From positions 1-60,493 of the forward strand of contig PWLF01000078.1 in the NCBI GenBank assembly GCA_003559475.1: a stretch of 60,493 nt of DNA, given 5' to 3'. Below the pieces are notes generated by a model that was not told where the DNA came from, made no database searches, and saw only the letters and a program-made list of their open reading frames with translations. The translations under genes were made by a program, and so were the position numbers. Position 1 is the stretch's first letter, and every line of letters begins with the position of its first letter. Origin of the DNA: Bacteroidales bacterium (GTDB lineage Bacteria; Bacteroidota; Bacteroidia; Bacteroidales; UBA7960). Shown here in pieces: positions 9,574 to 19,800 of the stretch.

Positions 9574-10983
9574 ATGAAAAAAACGATACTAATTTTCATT
9601 ATTCTGTTATCAACCACAGCCGTTTTTTGTCAACCGGTAGATCGTCAAAAGGTAGTTTTTGAGATAGGTACGGCTACTTGGTGTCCTTATTGCCCCGGTG
9701 CTTCTATGGGGGCTAAAGACCTTATAGAAAACGGACATGATGTAGCTATTATTAAATACCATGGTGGCGATGATTTTGAAAATTCACATTCTTCTTATCG
9801 CAACAACTATTACAACATCTTAAGTTTCCCTACAACAATAATTGATGGAATAGAAGTTTTAGCCGGAGGAAGCCAAGATGAAAGTCTTTACCCTCATTAT
9901 TTGGATTACTATAACTTAAGAAAGGATATTCCTTCTCCATTCACTATAGATATTAATTTGGAAAAAACCGGTAATTTTGACTACGGAGCTAATATCTTGG
10001 TTACAGAAGTTTGTGATGATTACAGTTCCGGATTACTTGTTTTACACTTTGCGATTACCGAAACAGACATACCTCATAACTGGCAAAACCAGACACATAT
10101 AGAGGATGCATTACGAAAAATGGTACCCAATCAACATGGTACTATAATTAATTTTTCAAAGAATAATGAGCAATTGATAGACTTAAGTTTTACTCTTGAA
10201 GAAAGCTGGGTACAAGATAACATGAGCGTAATTGTATTTATACAGGATAGATCTACAAAAGAAATTCTTCAAGCTAATACTTTTGAATTGAAAAACGCCA
10301 AAAGGGGATTAGTTTTAATAGATAATGAAGATAACTATATAACCGGTGACACAATTAAGTTAGCAGGACTAGCAAACGATGAATATCTTAAAGCAGAAAT
10401 TTTTTTTCGGAATAATACGACAGAAGAAGTTGCAGTTTTTATAAAGAAAACAGAAGCTTATATTATGGACGGAACAAATAACACTTTCTGCTGGGATGGA
10501 GTCTGCTACCCTCCAAATGTTTATGAAGTTGAAGAGCCTATTATACTTGGCCCGGATGAAACTTCCACTGAAGATGATTTTTATACACAGTATTTCCCAA
10601 ACGGGATAGAGGGAGAAAGTATAATAGATTATGAATTTTTTAGCAAAGATGATTCCTTTGAGTCGGTAGTTGTTACAGTAATATACACTACCGAATCGCC
10701 TAATTTCATTGCTCCCCAAGCACTTTCTGCCGGAGCACTATCTGAACCTAAACCTAATCCTGCTATTAATTATACTAAAATTTATTATCAATTACCCACA
10801 GGCACATGCGATGCATATATTAACATTATTAATACAACAGGTTTGACGGTAAAAAAAATAGCACTTGATCACAATAATGACTTTGTAAAAATTAATACCT
10901 CTATTTTAAAAAACGGAGTATTTTTTTACTCTTTGGTAGTCAATGGTAAGACCATCAGCACCAAAAAACTTGTTGTAAAATAA
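9574..10983 (+). CDS. secreted Omp28-like CxxC protein with a T9SS C-terminal sorting domain
   Basis: Signal peptide. N-terminal domain has GTATWCPYCPGA, paralogous to the motif in the 6270..7121 protein. The last ~80 aa (PNPAINYTKIYYQL...NGVFFYSLVVNGKTISTKKLVVK) resemble a type A Por secretion CTD. Confidence 0.65.
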   Translation: MKKTILIFIILLSTTAVFCQPVDRQKVVFEIGTATWCPYCPGASMGAKDLIENGHDVAIIKYHGGDDFENSHSSYRNNYYNILSFPTTIIDGIEVLAGGSQDESLYPHYLDYYNLRKDIPSPFTIDINLEKTGNFDYGANILVTEVCDDYSSGLLVLHFAITETDIPHNWQNQTHIEDALRKMVPNQHGTIINFSKNNEQLIDLSFTLEESWVQDNMSVIVFIQDRSTKEILQANTFELKNAKRGLVLIDNEDNYITGDTIKLAGLANDEYLKAEIFFRNNTTEEVAVFIKKTEAYIMDGTNNTFCWDGVCYPPNVYEVEEPIILGPDETSTEDDFYTQYFPNGIEGESIIDYEFFSKDDSFESVVVTVIYTTESPNFIAPQALSAGALSEPKPNPAINYTKIYYQLPTGTCDAYINIINTTGLTVKKIALDHNNDFVKINTSILKNGVFFYSLVVNGKTISTKKLVVK

Positions 10984-11013
10984 TAGAATATTGAATATTA
11001 TTATTAAAATCCT

Positions 11014-12603
11014 TTAATTAATATATATAAACTCTCCGACACCAACCGGTAAATTAAAGGCATACCAGATAAACAATAATATAGTCCACATTATAAATAA
11101 AATAACTGCATAAGGAATAAGCAATGATATTACTGTACCTATTCCTACGCGTTTATCATATTTACTTATCCATCCCAACAACAATGGGAAGTATGGATAT
11201 AATGGCGTAATAGCATTTGTAATAGAATCTCCTATACGATACATAAGCTGTACAAAAGCAGGACTAAATTCAAGTCTTGCTAACATAGGGATAAAAATAG
11301 GAGCAAATACTGCCCATTTTGCCGAGCCACTACCCATAAAGATATTTAATATCGCTACTATTATCATAAATAGAGTAAATAATAACGGCCCTTCAATTCC
11401 CGTATTTTGCAAGAATTTGGCCCCGCTAATAGCGAGTATAGTATCAAGGTTTGATTGTCCGAATAAGAAAATGAATTGCGCAATAATAAACATCAGAACG
11501 ATATACCCTGAAAGTTCTTTCATCCCCTGCTCCATAAATTTAAGAGCATCATTAGAAGTTTTAATTGTTCCTGTTGCTTTACCATAGACGTATCCGGGTA
11601 ATGCAAAAAGCAAGAATAGAACGGGAACCAGACCTCTTAAAAACGGGGAAGGCACGATTGTCCCTTCAACGGGATCTCTTAAAGGAGCTCCCGGTGGCAC
11701 CACAAGAGCAGCAATAATTATAATATAAAAAAGTACTACAAATCCTGCTCTCTTTAAGCCTTTTTTCTCTTCAGGTTTAAGTTTAGACGCATGCTCCTGA
11801 AATTCCGTATCCAAATGATCTGCACCTGTAAACGCTTTACACCTTGGGATAGTAAACCTTCTGACAATAAAAGCTCCTGCAAAGCCAAGCATTATTGTAG
11901 AAATTATCATAAAGTACCAATTTGCCGTCGGACTGACCTCAGCTAACCCTTGAGCTTCTGCTACCTCAGTACTAATACCGGCAAGCAACACATCCGTGCC
12001 GGCAATCAGGAAATTTGCTGTAAATCCGGCTGTAGCACCGGCATAACCGGCAACCAATCCGGCTATTGGATGCAAGCCCATTTGCGAAAATATCAAAGCA
12101 GCAATAGGCGGAACAATAACAATCCCCGCATCCGAACCTATATTACCGCAAGCACCGATTATAAAAATTACAGGAAGAACAATTTTTTTCGGAACAGAAA
12201 ATGCAATAGTTCGAAGAACAACCGTTAAAAATCCGCTTCTTTCAGCTACGGATACTCCCATCAACATTACCAAAACCAATCCAAATGGAGCAAAATGCGC
12301 AAAATTTCTAACCATAGATTCAACAAAATTGCGTAAACTCTCTCCGGAAATTAAATTTTGGGCAAATACATCTTCATCTGTTGCAGGATCAATAGCACTA
12401 ACATTAAAATAACTTGTAATTGCACTTAATACGACAATTATAATGCAAATCCACGCAAATAACCAAAATGGATGAGGTAACTTATTACCCATCTTTTCAA
12501 CCCATCGCAATAAACCTTTAGAACCGGTTGTTATCGTTTCTTCTGAGTTATTACAATCATTACCACCTGATGCTTGACCAGATTTATCTTTATCGTTTGT
12601 CAT
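11014..12603 (-). CDS. AbgT family (p-aminobenzoyl-glutamate type) transporter
   Basis: About 12 TM segments. The typical AbgT N-terminal region (LLRWVEKMGNKLPHPFWLF, FAHFAPFGLVLVMLMGVSVAERSG) is present. Confidence 0.85.
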   Translation of the reverse strand: MTNDKDKSGQASGGNDCNNSEETITTGSKGLLRWVEKMGNKLPHPFWLFAWICIIIVVLSAITSYFNVSAIDPATDEDVFAQNLISGESLRNFVESMVRNFAHFAPFGLVLVMLMGVSVAERSGFLTVVLRTIAFSVPKKIVLPVIFIIGACGNIGSDAGIVIVPPIAALIFSQMGLHPIAGLVAGYAGATAGFTANFLIAGTDVLLAGISTEVAEAQGLAEVSPTANWYFMIISTIMLGFAGAFIVRRFTIPRCKAFTGADHLDTEFQEHASKLKPEEKKGLKRAGFVVLFYIIIIAALVVPPGAPLRDPVEGTIVPSPFLRGLVPVLFLLFALPGYVYGKATGTIKTSNDALKFMEQGMKELSGYIVLMFIIAQFIFLFGQSNLDTILAISGAKFLQNTGIEGPLLFTLFMIIVAILNIFMGSGSAKWAVFAPIFIPMLARLEFSPAFVQLMYRIGDSITNAITPLYPYFPLLLGWISKYDKRVGIGTVISLLIPYAVILFIMWTILLFIWYAFNLPVGVGEFIYIN

Positions 12604-12780
12604 AACTTTTATTTTTAGTTATTGGAAACTATTTTTTTAAAACGGACGCAAAAATGATGTTTTTTTTTCTAATTTCCAATAAAAATTAAATTTTTATCAG
12701 TAAGTTTTTAAATTACCTTATTGAATTTCCTTTAAAATAAAGATTTATACAAACATTAATTTTTTTATATAATAATAAAA

Positions 12781-13794
12781 CTATCTTGGCTTATACCTTG
12801 ATTCACTTAATATCCTCTTTGAATCATTTGTTTTTATTAATTCATAAAGTTCAATATCACTATTTCTTCTCATATATTCTTTTACTATTTGCCATCCAAT
12901 CCATACTGCAGCTCTTGGTGCTGAATCCCTTGCAAAAGGAGATGTGAAAGGTGCATCTGTGATGAATCTGTTAATTCTGTTTTTGTTAGTTGAAAACAAC
13001 AGTTCTTTATCAATAAAATAACTCCATACGTGCTTTTCATTATCTTTCATCCACTTTTTATTATGACTTGTATATGCTATTTTAATTGTGTCAGCTACAT
13101 CAGGCATCATGCAATCAATAAAATATAACTTTATCCCCTCATAAATCATAAAATCAATTAAAGTTTCAGGATTATGATAACTGCCTGTCATATCTTTTGC
13201 AATTTTATACATAATATCTCTAACTATAAACTCTTCCGAACGCCTCATAACTTGATAAGCCGGCACCCCATACCTCAGATAATCAATATTATCCCCCAAA
13301 TACATATCCACTGCAATAGCAACATTATTATCTATATACTTAATCGGCATTTTTAAATCCAATCCTGAAACATAAGAATAAAAATCAGGGATATCACGTT
13401 CAGGAAAGTGATAATTATAATACCTGAAATGATATGTTAATTCTTGTTCTAAATTATTTAAATCAGGAAAAACATCTATAGTCTTATTATAAAGTTCAAT
13501 AATAAGAGGGTCTGTAACATAATCATACAATTGCTGCATAGCAACAGGATTGCCTAACTCATCTCCCAGAAAAAAATAAAACTCGTCGGAATATGGTTCA
13601 ATTGCTTCACGTAATAAAAAAGGATTAGCCTCAAATAATAATTTCTCATAACGACTAATTTCAACTTCTTCTATTTCTACACCTGAAACATCAACCTTAT
13701 AAGGCTTTTTATCTGAATCCTGAATATAAAAAATAATTGCAACAGATAAAACTATTAAAACTGCACTTAAAAAAATATACTTTTTTCTACTCAT
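12781..13794 (-). CDS. gldB: gliding-motility-associated lipoprotein GldB-like (DUF2268-like fold)
   Basis: N-terminal anchor. The C-terminal stretch PRAAVWIGWQIVKEYMRRN...SRYKPR and the overall layout match my recollection of Flavobacterium GldB. Confidence 0.6.
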   Translation of the reverse strand: MSRKKYIFLSAVLIVLSVAIIFYIQDSDKKPYKVDVSGVEIEEVEISRYEKLLFEANPFLLREAIEPYSDEFYFFLGDELGNPVAMQQLYDYVTDPLIIELYNKTIDVFPDLNNLEQELTYHFRYYNYHFPERDIPDFYSYVSGLDLKMPIKYIDNNVAIAVDMYLGDNIDYLRYGVPAYQVMRRSEEFIVRDIMYKIAKDMTGSYHNPETLIDFMIYEGIKLYFIDCMMPDVADTIKIAYTSHNKKWMKDNEKHVWSYFIDKELLFSTNKNRINRFITDAPFTSPFARDSAPRAAVWIGWQIVKEYMRRNSDIELYELIKTNDSKRILSESRYKPR

Positions 13795-13964
13795 TGAAAA
13801 ATAGCTTTAATAAATCTTTTAATGATTAAATTACTTAAAAGTAACGCAAAAATTATTATTACGGTATATTTAAATTATTTATATAAAACTTAGAATTTTA
13901 TTAATAAAGTAAAACAAAGAAATATAATAAACTTATTTAAAACATTTACTGGCAAATAATTATA

Positions 13965-14816
13965 TTATAACTCATCCAGGCACCTTTTTAAACTATGTTT
14001 CCAGTATGGTATTTTGACATTAAAATCATTTTTTATTTTGTTTTTATCCAACAAAGAATAATATGGTCGTTTTGCAACAGTTTGGAAAGCATCACTTAAA
14101 ACAGGTTTAACCTCACAATCAACATTTTTTATATCAATAATAGCCTGAGCTATATCATACCAACTTGCTACTCCTTCATTAGAGAAATTATATATATCTT
14201 TTGTATAAAAATTATCTACTACTTCAGGCAATATTTTCAAAGTAAGATTGGCAAGGTCATAACAGTATGTTGGTGAACCAATCTGATCAAAAACAACTTC
14301 CAGTATCTGTTTTTCTTTACTTTTTTCAAGTATAGTTTTAACAAAATTTTTTCCAAATTTAGAATACAACCAAGAAGTTCTTATTATTATAGCCCTTTCA
14401 GCATTAACAAAAATTTCTTTTTCACCTTTAAGTTTACTTTTCCCATATATAGTTTGAGGCGAAGAAATATCATCCTCGCTATATGGTTTATTATTTTTTC
14501 CATCAAAAACATAATCGGTAGAATAATGAATAAGCAGAGCCTTTTGTTTTGCAGTTGCTTCGGCTAAATTTTTTGAACCCAAAACATTAACATTCATTGA
14601 ATCATTAATATTATTTTCGGCTTTATCAACTGCTGTATAAGAAGCACAGTTTATAACACAGTCAAACTTATTATTATTAAAAAAACTTTCTACTTCTTCG
14701 TTTTTACTTATATCTAATTCTTCACGAGAGGTAAAAACAAAATCTTTATTAGTTTCTGATAATTCTTTGAACTGTTTTCCAAGCTGTCCGTTAACACCTG
14801 TTATAAGAACTTTCAT
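13965..14816 (-). CDS. rfbD: dTDP-4-dehydrorhamnose reductase
   Basis: MKVLITGVNGQLG Rossmann start, and YSTDYVFDG and YGKSK motifs typical of RmlD. Confidence 0.85.
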   Translation of the reverse strand: MKVLITGVNGQLGKQFKELSETNKDFVFTSREELDISKNEEVESFFNNNKFDCVINCASYTAVDKAENNINDSMNVNVLGSKNLAEATAKQKALLIHYSTDYVFDGKNNKPYSEDDISSPQTIYGKSKLKGEKEIFVNAERAIIIRTSWLYSKFGKNFVKTILEKSKEKQILEVVFDQIGSPTYCYDLANLTLKILPEVVDNFYTKDIYNFSNEGVASWYDIAQAIIDIKNVDCEVKPVLSDAFQTVAKRPYYSLLDKNKIKNDFNVKIPYWKHSLKRCLDEL

Positions 14817-14859
14817 TTGAATAAAGTTTAGTTAACAATCTTTTACAATATTTTGACTC

Positions 14860-14968
14860 AGACCCTAAGGGTTTTCGAAACCCTAAGGGTCTATGTTTTT
14901 TTATTTCATGTACTTTTGTAACCCTTTAGTTAATAAGGGTTTCTTTTTATAATTAACCCCGAAGGGTA
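14860..14968. repeat. cluster of related short palindromes with an ACCC-N-GGGT core (REP-like)
   Basis: Hairpin A spans 14860-14892 (15-bp stem, one A-A mismatch, AGACCCTAAGGGTTT/AAACCCTAAGGGTCT). Hairpin B spans 14920-14941 (AACCCTT...AAGGGTT). Hairpin C spans 14956-14967 (ACCC-cgaa-GGGT). Confidence 0.7.
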
Positions 14969-14984
14969 GTATTTTATCTATTTA

Positions 14985-15013
14985 TTAAAAACCGGGAAAT
15001 ATAGCATTCCCGG
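14985..15013 (-). terminator. intrinsic terminator downstream of uxs
   Basis: On the minus strand a CCGGGAA-8nt-TTCCCGG hairpin starts immediately after the TAG stop and is followed by TTTTT. Confidence 0.6.
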
Positions 15014-15949
15014 CTAAATTATAGATTCAAAATATTTTACAGTTTGTTTTAAACCTTCATCAAGATCAATTTCAGGGTTCCAATCTATTGTTTTTCTAGC
15101 TTCCGATATATCGGGGCTACGCTTTAAAGGATCATCTTCGGGTAACGATTTAAATATAATTTTAGAACGAGACCCCGTAATTTCTATTATTTTTTCAGCT
15201 ATTTCAATAATTGAATATTCCTGAGAGTTGCCTATATTTAACGGTCCTGTTATATTATCAGGGGTATCCATAAACCTAATCATCCCTTTTATCATATCAT
15301 CAACATAACAAAAACTTCTGGTTTGACTACCGTCTCCAAAAACTTCGATATTTTTATTTTTTAATGCGCTTACAATAAAGTTGCTAATAACTCTTCCATC
15401 ATTTGCACTCATTCTTGGTCCATAAGTATTGAAAATTCTAAGTATTTTGATTTTGACATTATTTTGTCTGTAATAATTTATAAAAAGAGACTCAGCACAT
15501 CTTTTCCCTTCATCGTAACATGCACGATCTCCAATAGGATTAACTTTCCCGTGATAATTTTCATTTTGAGGATGTTCTTCCGGGTTTCCGTAAACTTCAC
15601 TCGTTGAAGCCTGCAATATTTTTGCTTTAATGCGTTTCGCAAGCCCAAGCATATTAACAGAACCCATTACCGAAGTTTTAATGGTTTTAATAGGATTAAG
15701 CTGGTAATAAACAGGAGATGCGGGACAAGCAAGGTTATATATTTCATCAGCTTCAATATAAAAAGGCATAGTAACATCATGCCTGATTAACTCAAAATAA
15801 GGATTATCCAAAAGGTGAATGATATTTTTCTTATGACCTGTAAAAAAATTGTCCAGACAAAACACCTCATTTCCCTTATTTAGTAACTCTTCACATAAAT
15901 AAGAACCAAGAAATCCTGCTCCGCCGGTTACCAATACACGTTTCTTCAT
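15014..15949 (-). CDS. uxs: UDP-glucuronate decarboxylase (UDP-xylose synthase), SDR family
   Basis: [15 protein letters not shown]...[13 protein letters not shown], the YDEGKR catalytic YxxxK, and the overall UXS pattern. Confidence 0.85.
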   Translation of the reverse strand: MKKRVLVTGGAGFLGSYLCEELLNKGNEVFCLDNFFTGHKKNIIHLLDNPYFELIRHDVTMPFYIEADEIYNLACPASPVYYQLNPIKTIKTSVMGSVNMLGLAKRIKAKILQASTSEVYGNPEEHPQNENYHGKVNPIGDRACYDEGKRCAESLFINYYRQNNVKIKILRIFNTYGPRMSANDGRVISNFIVSALKNKNIEVFGDGSQTRSFCYVDDMIKGMIRFMDTPDNITGPLNIGNSQEYSIIEIAEKIIEITGSRSKIIFKSLPEDDPLKRSPDISEARKTIDWNPEIDLDEGLKQTVKYFESII

Positions 15950-15996
15950 ATTAATAAAATGTAAATTATTACATTAACGTATTCTAAAATATATAG

Positions 15997-16004
15997 CAAA
16001 TATA
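15997..16004 (-). promoter_or_regulatory. -7 promoter box TATATTTG (minus strand) for uxs
   Basis: CAAATATA on the plus strand, 48 nt upstream of the start at 15949. Confidence 0.4.
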
Positions 16005-16241
16005 TTCAAAATTTCATTATATTTTATAGTATATGTTTGAAATTCCGGCAAGATGAAAATTATTGGTCAATGAGACGAGCATATTAAAGCATAAAGGCTA
16101 TAAAGTAAAAAGTGTAATTTGCTGACATTAAACATATTAAGAAAAAATACTATATTTCTACAAGTATCTCATTATAAGCAAACTAACTTTATAAAACTTT
16201 TAACTTTATACTTTTTAAACTGAACTCATTAATAAAATGAT

Positions 16242-16249
16242 TATTTTTG
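16242..16249 (+). promoter_or_regulatory. -7 promoter box TATTTTTG(CA) for the capD-like gene
   Basis: Exact TAnnTTTG 48 nt upstream of the ATG at 16297. Confidence 0.45.
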
Positions 16250-16296
16250 CAGTAATTATTTAAAAAATAAACAATAATTCTTTTTATTGAGCACTT

Positions 16297-18177
16297 ATGA
16301 TATTATTTAAAAACAGCTATTCGCGATTATGGATACTTTTGATTGACATAGTTTTTTGTTTATTTTCCATAGTTTTAGCTTTTTTACTACGGTTTAATTT
16401 TTCTATCCCTTCTAATTGGTTGCCCATGCTTCCTATTGTCATGCTATTTGTTTTAGCAATCAGAAGTTTAAGTTTCTGGTTAAGCAAAACACACACAAGC
16501 ATGATCAGATATACAAACACGCAGGATTTTGCACGACTATTTTTAGTAATATTAGTTGGCTCCATTATTTTAATTTTAGGAAACATAGTCAGATATTATT
16601 TTTTTGATGGAAATTATATCATTCCTCTTTCAATTATAATGATTGACTTTTTTATTACTGTTTTTTTACTGACGTCATACAGATTGATAATCAAAGCATT
16701 ATTCATGGAGTTTGTTTATTCAGGCAAATCCACTTTCAACGTAGCAATATATGGTGCAGGGGAGGCAGGAATAATAACTAAAGAAGCTTTGGACAGAGCA
16801 ACAGGAGTATCTTTCAGGATTCTCGCTTTTATAGATGATAATCCGATGAAAATTGGCAAAAAAGCAGAGGGGATAAAAATCGTAAGTGGAGATAAAATTG
16901 AAAACCTACTAAAGAATAATGATGTTTCAATATTAATTGTAGCTATTCAAAATCTTGAGCCAAAAAAGAAAAAGCATATTATTGAAGTATCTTTAAAATA
17001 TAATACAAGGGTTTTAAACGTTCCTCCTGTTTCACAATGGATTAATGGTCAGTTAAGCTTTAAACAAATAAAGAAAGTAAAGATAGAAGACCTTTTAGAA
17101 AGAGATGAAATAAAAATTAAGAAAAAAGAGCTTATAAAAGATCTTACGGATAAGGTTGTTTTAGTAACCGGCGCTGCAGGCTCTATAGGAAGCGAAATTG
17201 CACGGCAAATGTTAGAGTTTGATTTTAAAAAGCTTATTTTAGTTGATCAGGCAGAAACCGCCCTTTTTCATTTAGAAACAGAGTTTACAAAGAATCATAA
17301 TAGCGAAAATACAGAATTTGTAGTCGCTGATGTTTGCAATGAAATGCGAATGGATAGGTTGTTTTCAAAAAATAAACCCGACATTATTTTTCATGCTGCA
17401 GCATATAAACATGTGCCTATTATGGAGATGAATCCTGATGAAGCTGTTTATACAAATATTTCAGGAACAAAAATTGTTGCAGACTTAAGCAATAAGCATA
17501 ACGTCAGTAAATTTGTAATGGTTTCAACAGATAAGGCAGTTCGCCCAACCAACGTAATGGGTGCTTCAAAACGTATAGCCGAAATGTATGTTCAATCGCT
17601 CAATCAACAGAAAAAAACTAAATTTATCACTACCAGATTCGGCAATGTTTTAGGATCTAACGGTTCTGTTATTCCTCTATTTACTAAACAAATTGAAAAA
17701 GGCGGACCTGTTACCATTACTCACCCGGAAGTAACAAGATATTTTATGACTATCCCGGAAGCTTGCCATTTAGTTCTGGAAGCAGGGAGTATGGGGAAAG
17801 GCGGCGAAATATTTTTATTCGATATGGGTGAATCTATTAAAATACTTGATCTTGTCACTAAAATGATAAAACTATCCGGCTTAGAGTTAGGAAAAGATAT
17901 TCAAATAGTATATACCGGATTGCGTCCGGGTGAAAAACTATATGAAGAACTTTTGTGTGAAAAAGAAAATACCATACCTACTCACAATCCAAAAATTATG
18001 ATCGCCAAAATTGAAGAGTATGAATTTTCATATATTGAAGCCCAGATAAATGAACTTATAGAATTATCAAAACAAGGAAAAGATGATTTTGAAATCGTAA
18101 AAAAAATGAAAGAGATAGTTCCTTCATTTATTTCTCAAAACTCAAAGTTTGAAAAACTTGATGTTGAAAAAATCTGA
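16297..18177 (+). CDS. membrane-anchored polysaccharide biosynthesis protein, CapD/WbpM/PglF-type nucleotide-sugar 4,6-dehydratase
   Basis: Four N-terminal TM helices followed by two Rossmann regions (GAGEAG; VTGAAGSIGSE), and AAAYKHVP. Confidence 0.85.
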   Translation: MILFKNSYSRLWILLIDIVFCLFSIVLAFLLRFNFSIPSNWLPMLPIVMLFVLAIRSLSFWLSKTHTSMIRYTNTQDFARLFLVILVGSIILILGNIVRYYFFDGNYIIPLSIIMIDFFITVFLLTSYRLIIKALFMEFVYSGKSTFNVAIYGAGEAGIITKEALDRATGVSFRILAFIDDNPMKIGKKAEGIKIVSGDKIENLLKNNDVSILIVAIQNLEPKKKKHIIEVSLKYNTRVLNVPPVSQWINGQLSFKQIKKVKIEDLLERDEIKIKKKELIKDLTDKVVLVTGAAGSIGSEIARQMLEFDFKKLILVDQAETALFHLETEFTKNHNSENTEFVVADVCNEMRMDRLFSKNKPDIIFHAAAYKHVPIMEMNPDEAVYTNISGTKIVADLSNKHNVSKFVMVSTDKAVRPTNVMGASKRIAEMYVQSLNQQKKTKFITTRFGNVLGSNGSVIPLFTKQIEKGGPVTITHPEVTRYFMTIPEACHLVLEAGSMGKGGEIFLFDMGESIKILDLVTKMIKLSGLELGKDIQIVYTGLRPGEKLYEELLCEKENTIPTHNPKIMIAKIEEYEFSYIEAQINELIELSKQGKDDFEIVKKMKEIVPSFISQNSKFEKLDVEKI

Positions 18178-18198
18178 AGTTAAGTACCAATAAAAAAA

Positions 18199-19389
18199 TT
18201 ATTTTAAAATATCTGACACCATTTCTGCAGCTTCTTTCAACAAAATCGCAGAATGAACTTTTAATCCTGATTCGTCAATGATTTTCTTAGCTTCTTCGGC
18301 ATTTGTTCCTTGAAGTCTGACAATAATCGGCACGTCAATCTTTCCGATATTTTTATATGCATCAACTATTCCATTAGCAACTCTGTCGCAACGAACTATA
18401 CCACCAAATATATTCACTAGTATTGCTTTGACATTCTTATCTTTCAGTATAATTCTAAAAGCTTCTTCAACTCTTTTGGCGTTGGCAGAACCACCAACAT
18501 CCAGAAAGTTTGCCGGTTCTCCTCCGGAAAGCTTAATTATATCCATTGTTGCCATTGCCAATCCTGCACCATTAACCATACATCCGACATTACCATCAAG
18601 TTTTACATAATTCAAACTATGCTTGCCTGCCTCAACCTCCATTGGGTCTTCTTCATCAAAATCGCGCATTTCTGATATGTCAGGATGACGATACAGGGCG
18701 TTATTATCAACTGTCATCTTTGTGTCGGCAACCAAAATTTTATTATCTGCGGCTTTAAAAAGAGGGTTAATTTCAAGAAGACTAGCATCAGTTTGATCAT
18801 AAGCCTGATAAAGCTTAGGAACAAACTTTACCATATTTTTAAATGCATCCCCTTTTAAACCGAAATTAAAAGCTATTCGCCTTGCCTGAAAAGGCAAAAC
18901 CCCTGTTTTGGGGTCAATTTCTTCTGTATATATAAGCTCCGGTGTTTCTTCAGCAACTTTTTCAATATCAACACCACCTCTGGGTGAATACATAATAATA
19001 TTCCTTGAAGTTGACCTGTTTAACAATATGCTCATATAAAATTCAGCAGGTTCATAATCCCCTTCATAATATATACCCTGCTCTATAAGGATTTTTTTAA
19101 CTTTTTTACCATCTTTTCCTGTTTGAGGTGTTACTAACTGCATACCTAAAATATCAGAAGCAAATTTTTCAACTTCACCAAGAGAATTAGCAATTTTTAC
19201 ACCCCCTCCTTTTCCTCTGCCTCCGGCATGAATTTGTGCTTTAACTGCCCAAGCTTTACAACCGGTAGCTTCAGAAATCTCTTCAGCATATTTACGAGCT
19301 AAAGAAGTATCATCCATCACACGGATTTCCGGAACAGGCACACCATAACTTTTTAATAAAGACTTTCCTTGATATTCATGTAAATTCAT
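18199..19389 (-). CDS. sucC: succinate--CoA ligase (ADP-forming) beta subunit
   Basis: MNLHEYQGK start, ATP-grasp region, and C-terminal ligase-CoA domain (NIFGGIVRCD). No sucD is adjacent. Confidence 0.95.
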   Translation of the reverse strand: MNLHEYQGKSLLKSYGVPVPEIRVMDDTSLARKYAEEISEATGCKAWAVKAQIHAGGRGKGGGVKIANSLGEVEKFASDILGMQLVTPQTGKDGKKVKKILIEQGIYYEGDYEPAEFYMSILLNRSTSRNIIMYSPRGGVDIEKVAEETPELIYTEEIDPKTGVLPFQARRIAFNFGLKGDAFKNMVKFVPKLYQAYDQTDASLLEINPLFKAADNKILVADTKMTVDNNALYRHPDISEMRDFDEEDPMEVEAGKHSLNYVKLDGNVGCMVNGAGLAMATMDIIKLSGGEPANFLDVGGSANAKRVEEAFRIILKDKNVKAILVNIFGGIVRCDRVANGIVDAYKNIGKIDVPIIVRLQGTNAEEAKKIIDESGLKVHSAILLKEAAEMVSDILK

Positions 19390-19592
19390 TATATAATATT
19401 TTTTTATTAATACTGTATTAACATAGAATTATTTTGTAAAAATATTGATTTTGTAATTAAATGACAAAAGTTTTTTTAATTTATTTTGAAATTTTAAAAA
19501 TAATAATTACATATATTTCGTTACTTCATATAAATGCAGTAAATTGATATTGTAGATATTAAAACCAAAAGTTTAACCAAACTCCCGTACTT

Positions 19593-19751
19593 ATGAAACA
19601 TAATAATACATTTGAACTAAGAAACAAATTTAATAATACTAAAAGCGATTCTCCAAGCAAAGAAACCATTAATAATGTTGTGAACTATGCTAAGGCACTT
19701 GAAGTAAAGCGAAGCAAAGATGGGAAAGTATTCATGTGTATAGTTAATTAA
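19593..19751 (+). CDS. possible small ORF (52 aa, hypothetical), below the ORF-track cutoff
   Basis: ATG..TAA gives MKHNNTFELRNKFNNTKSDSPSKETINNVVNYAKALEVKRSKDGKVFMCIVN, in an otherwise empty 677-bp gap. No homology is recognised. Confidence 0.3.
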   Translation: MKHNNTFELRNKFNNTKSDSPSKETINNVVNYAKALEVKRSKDGKVFMCIVN

Positions 19752-19800
19752 AATTCATAATTTGCTACAAAAATTTCATTAACCTAAATTTATAAATAAG

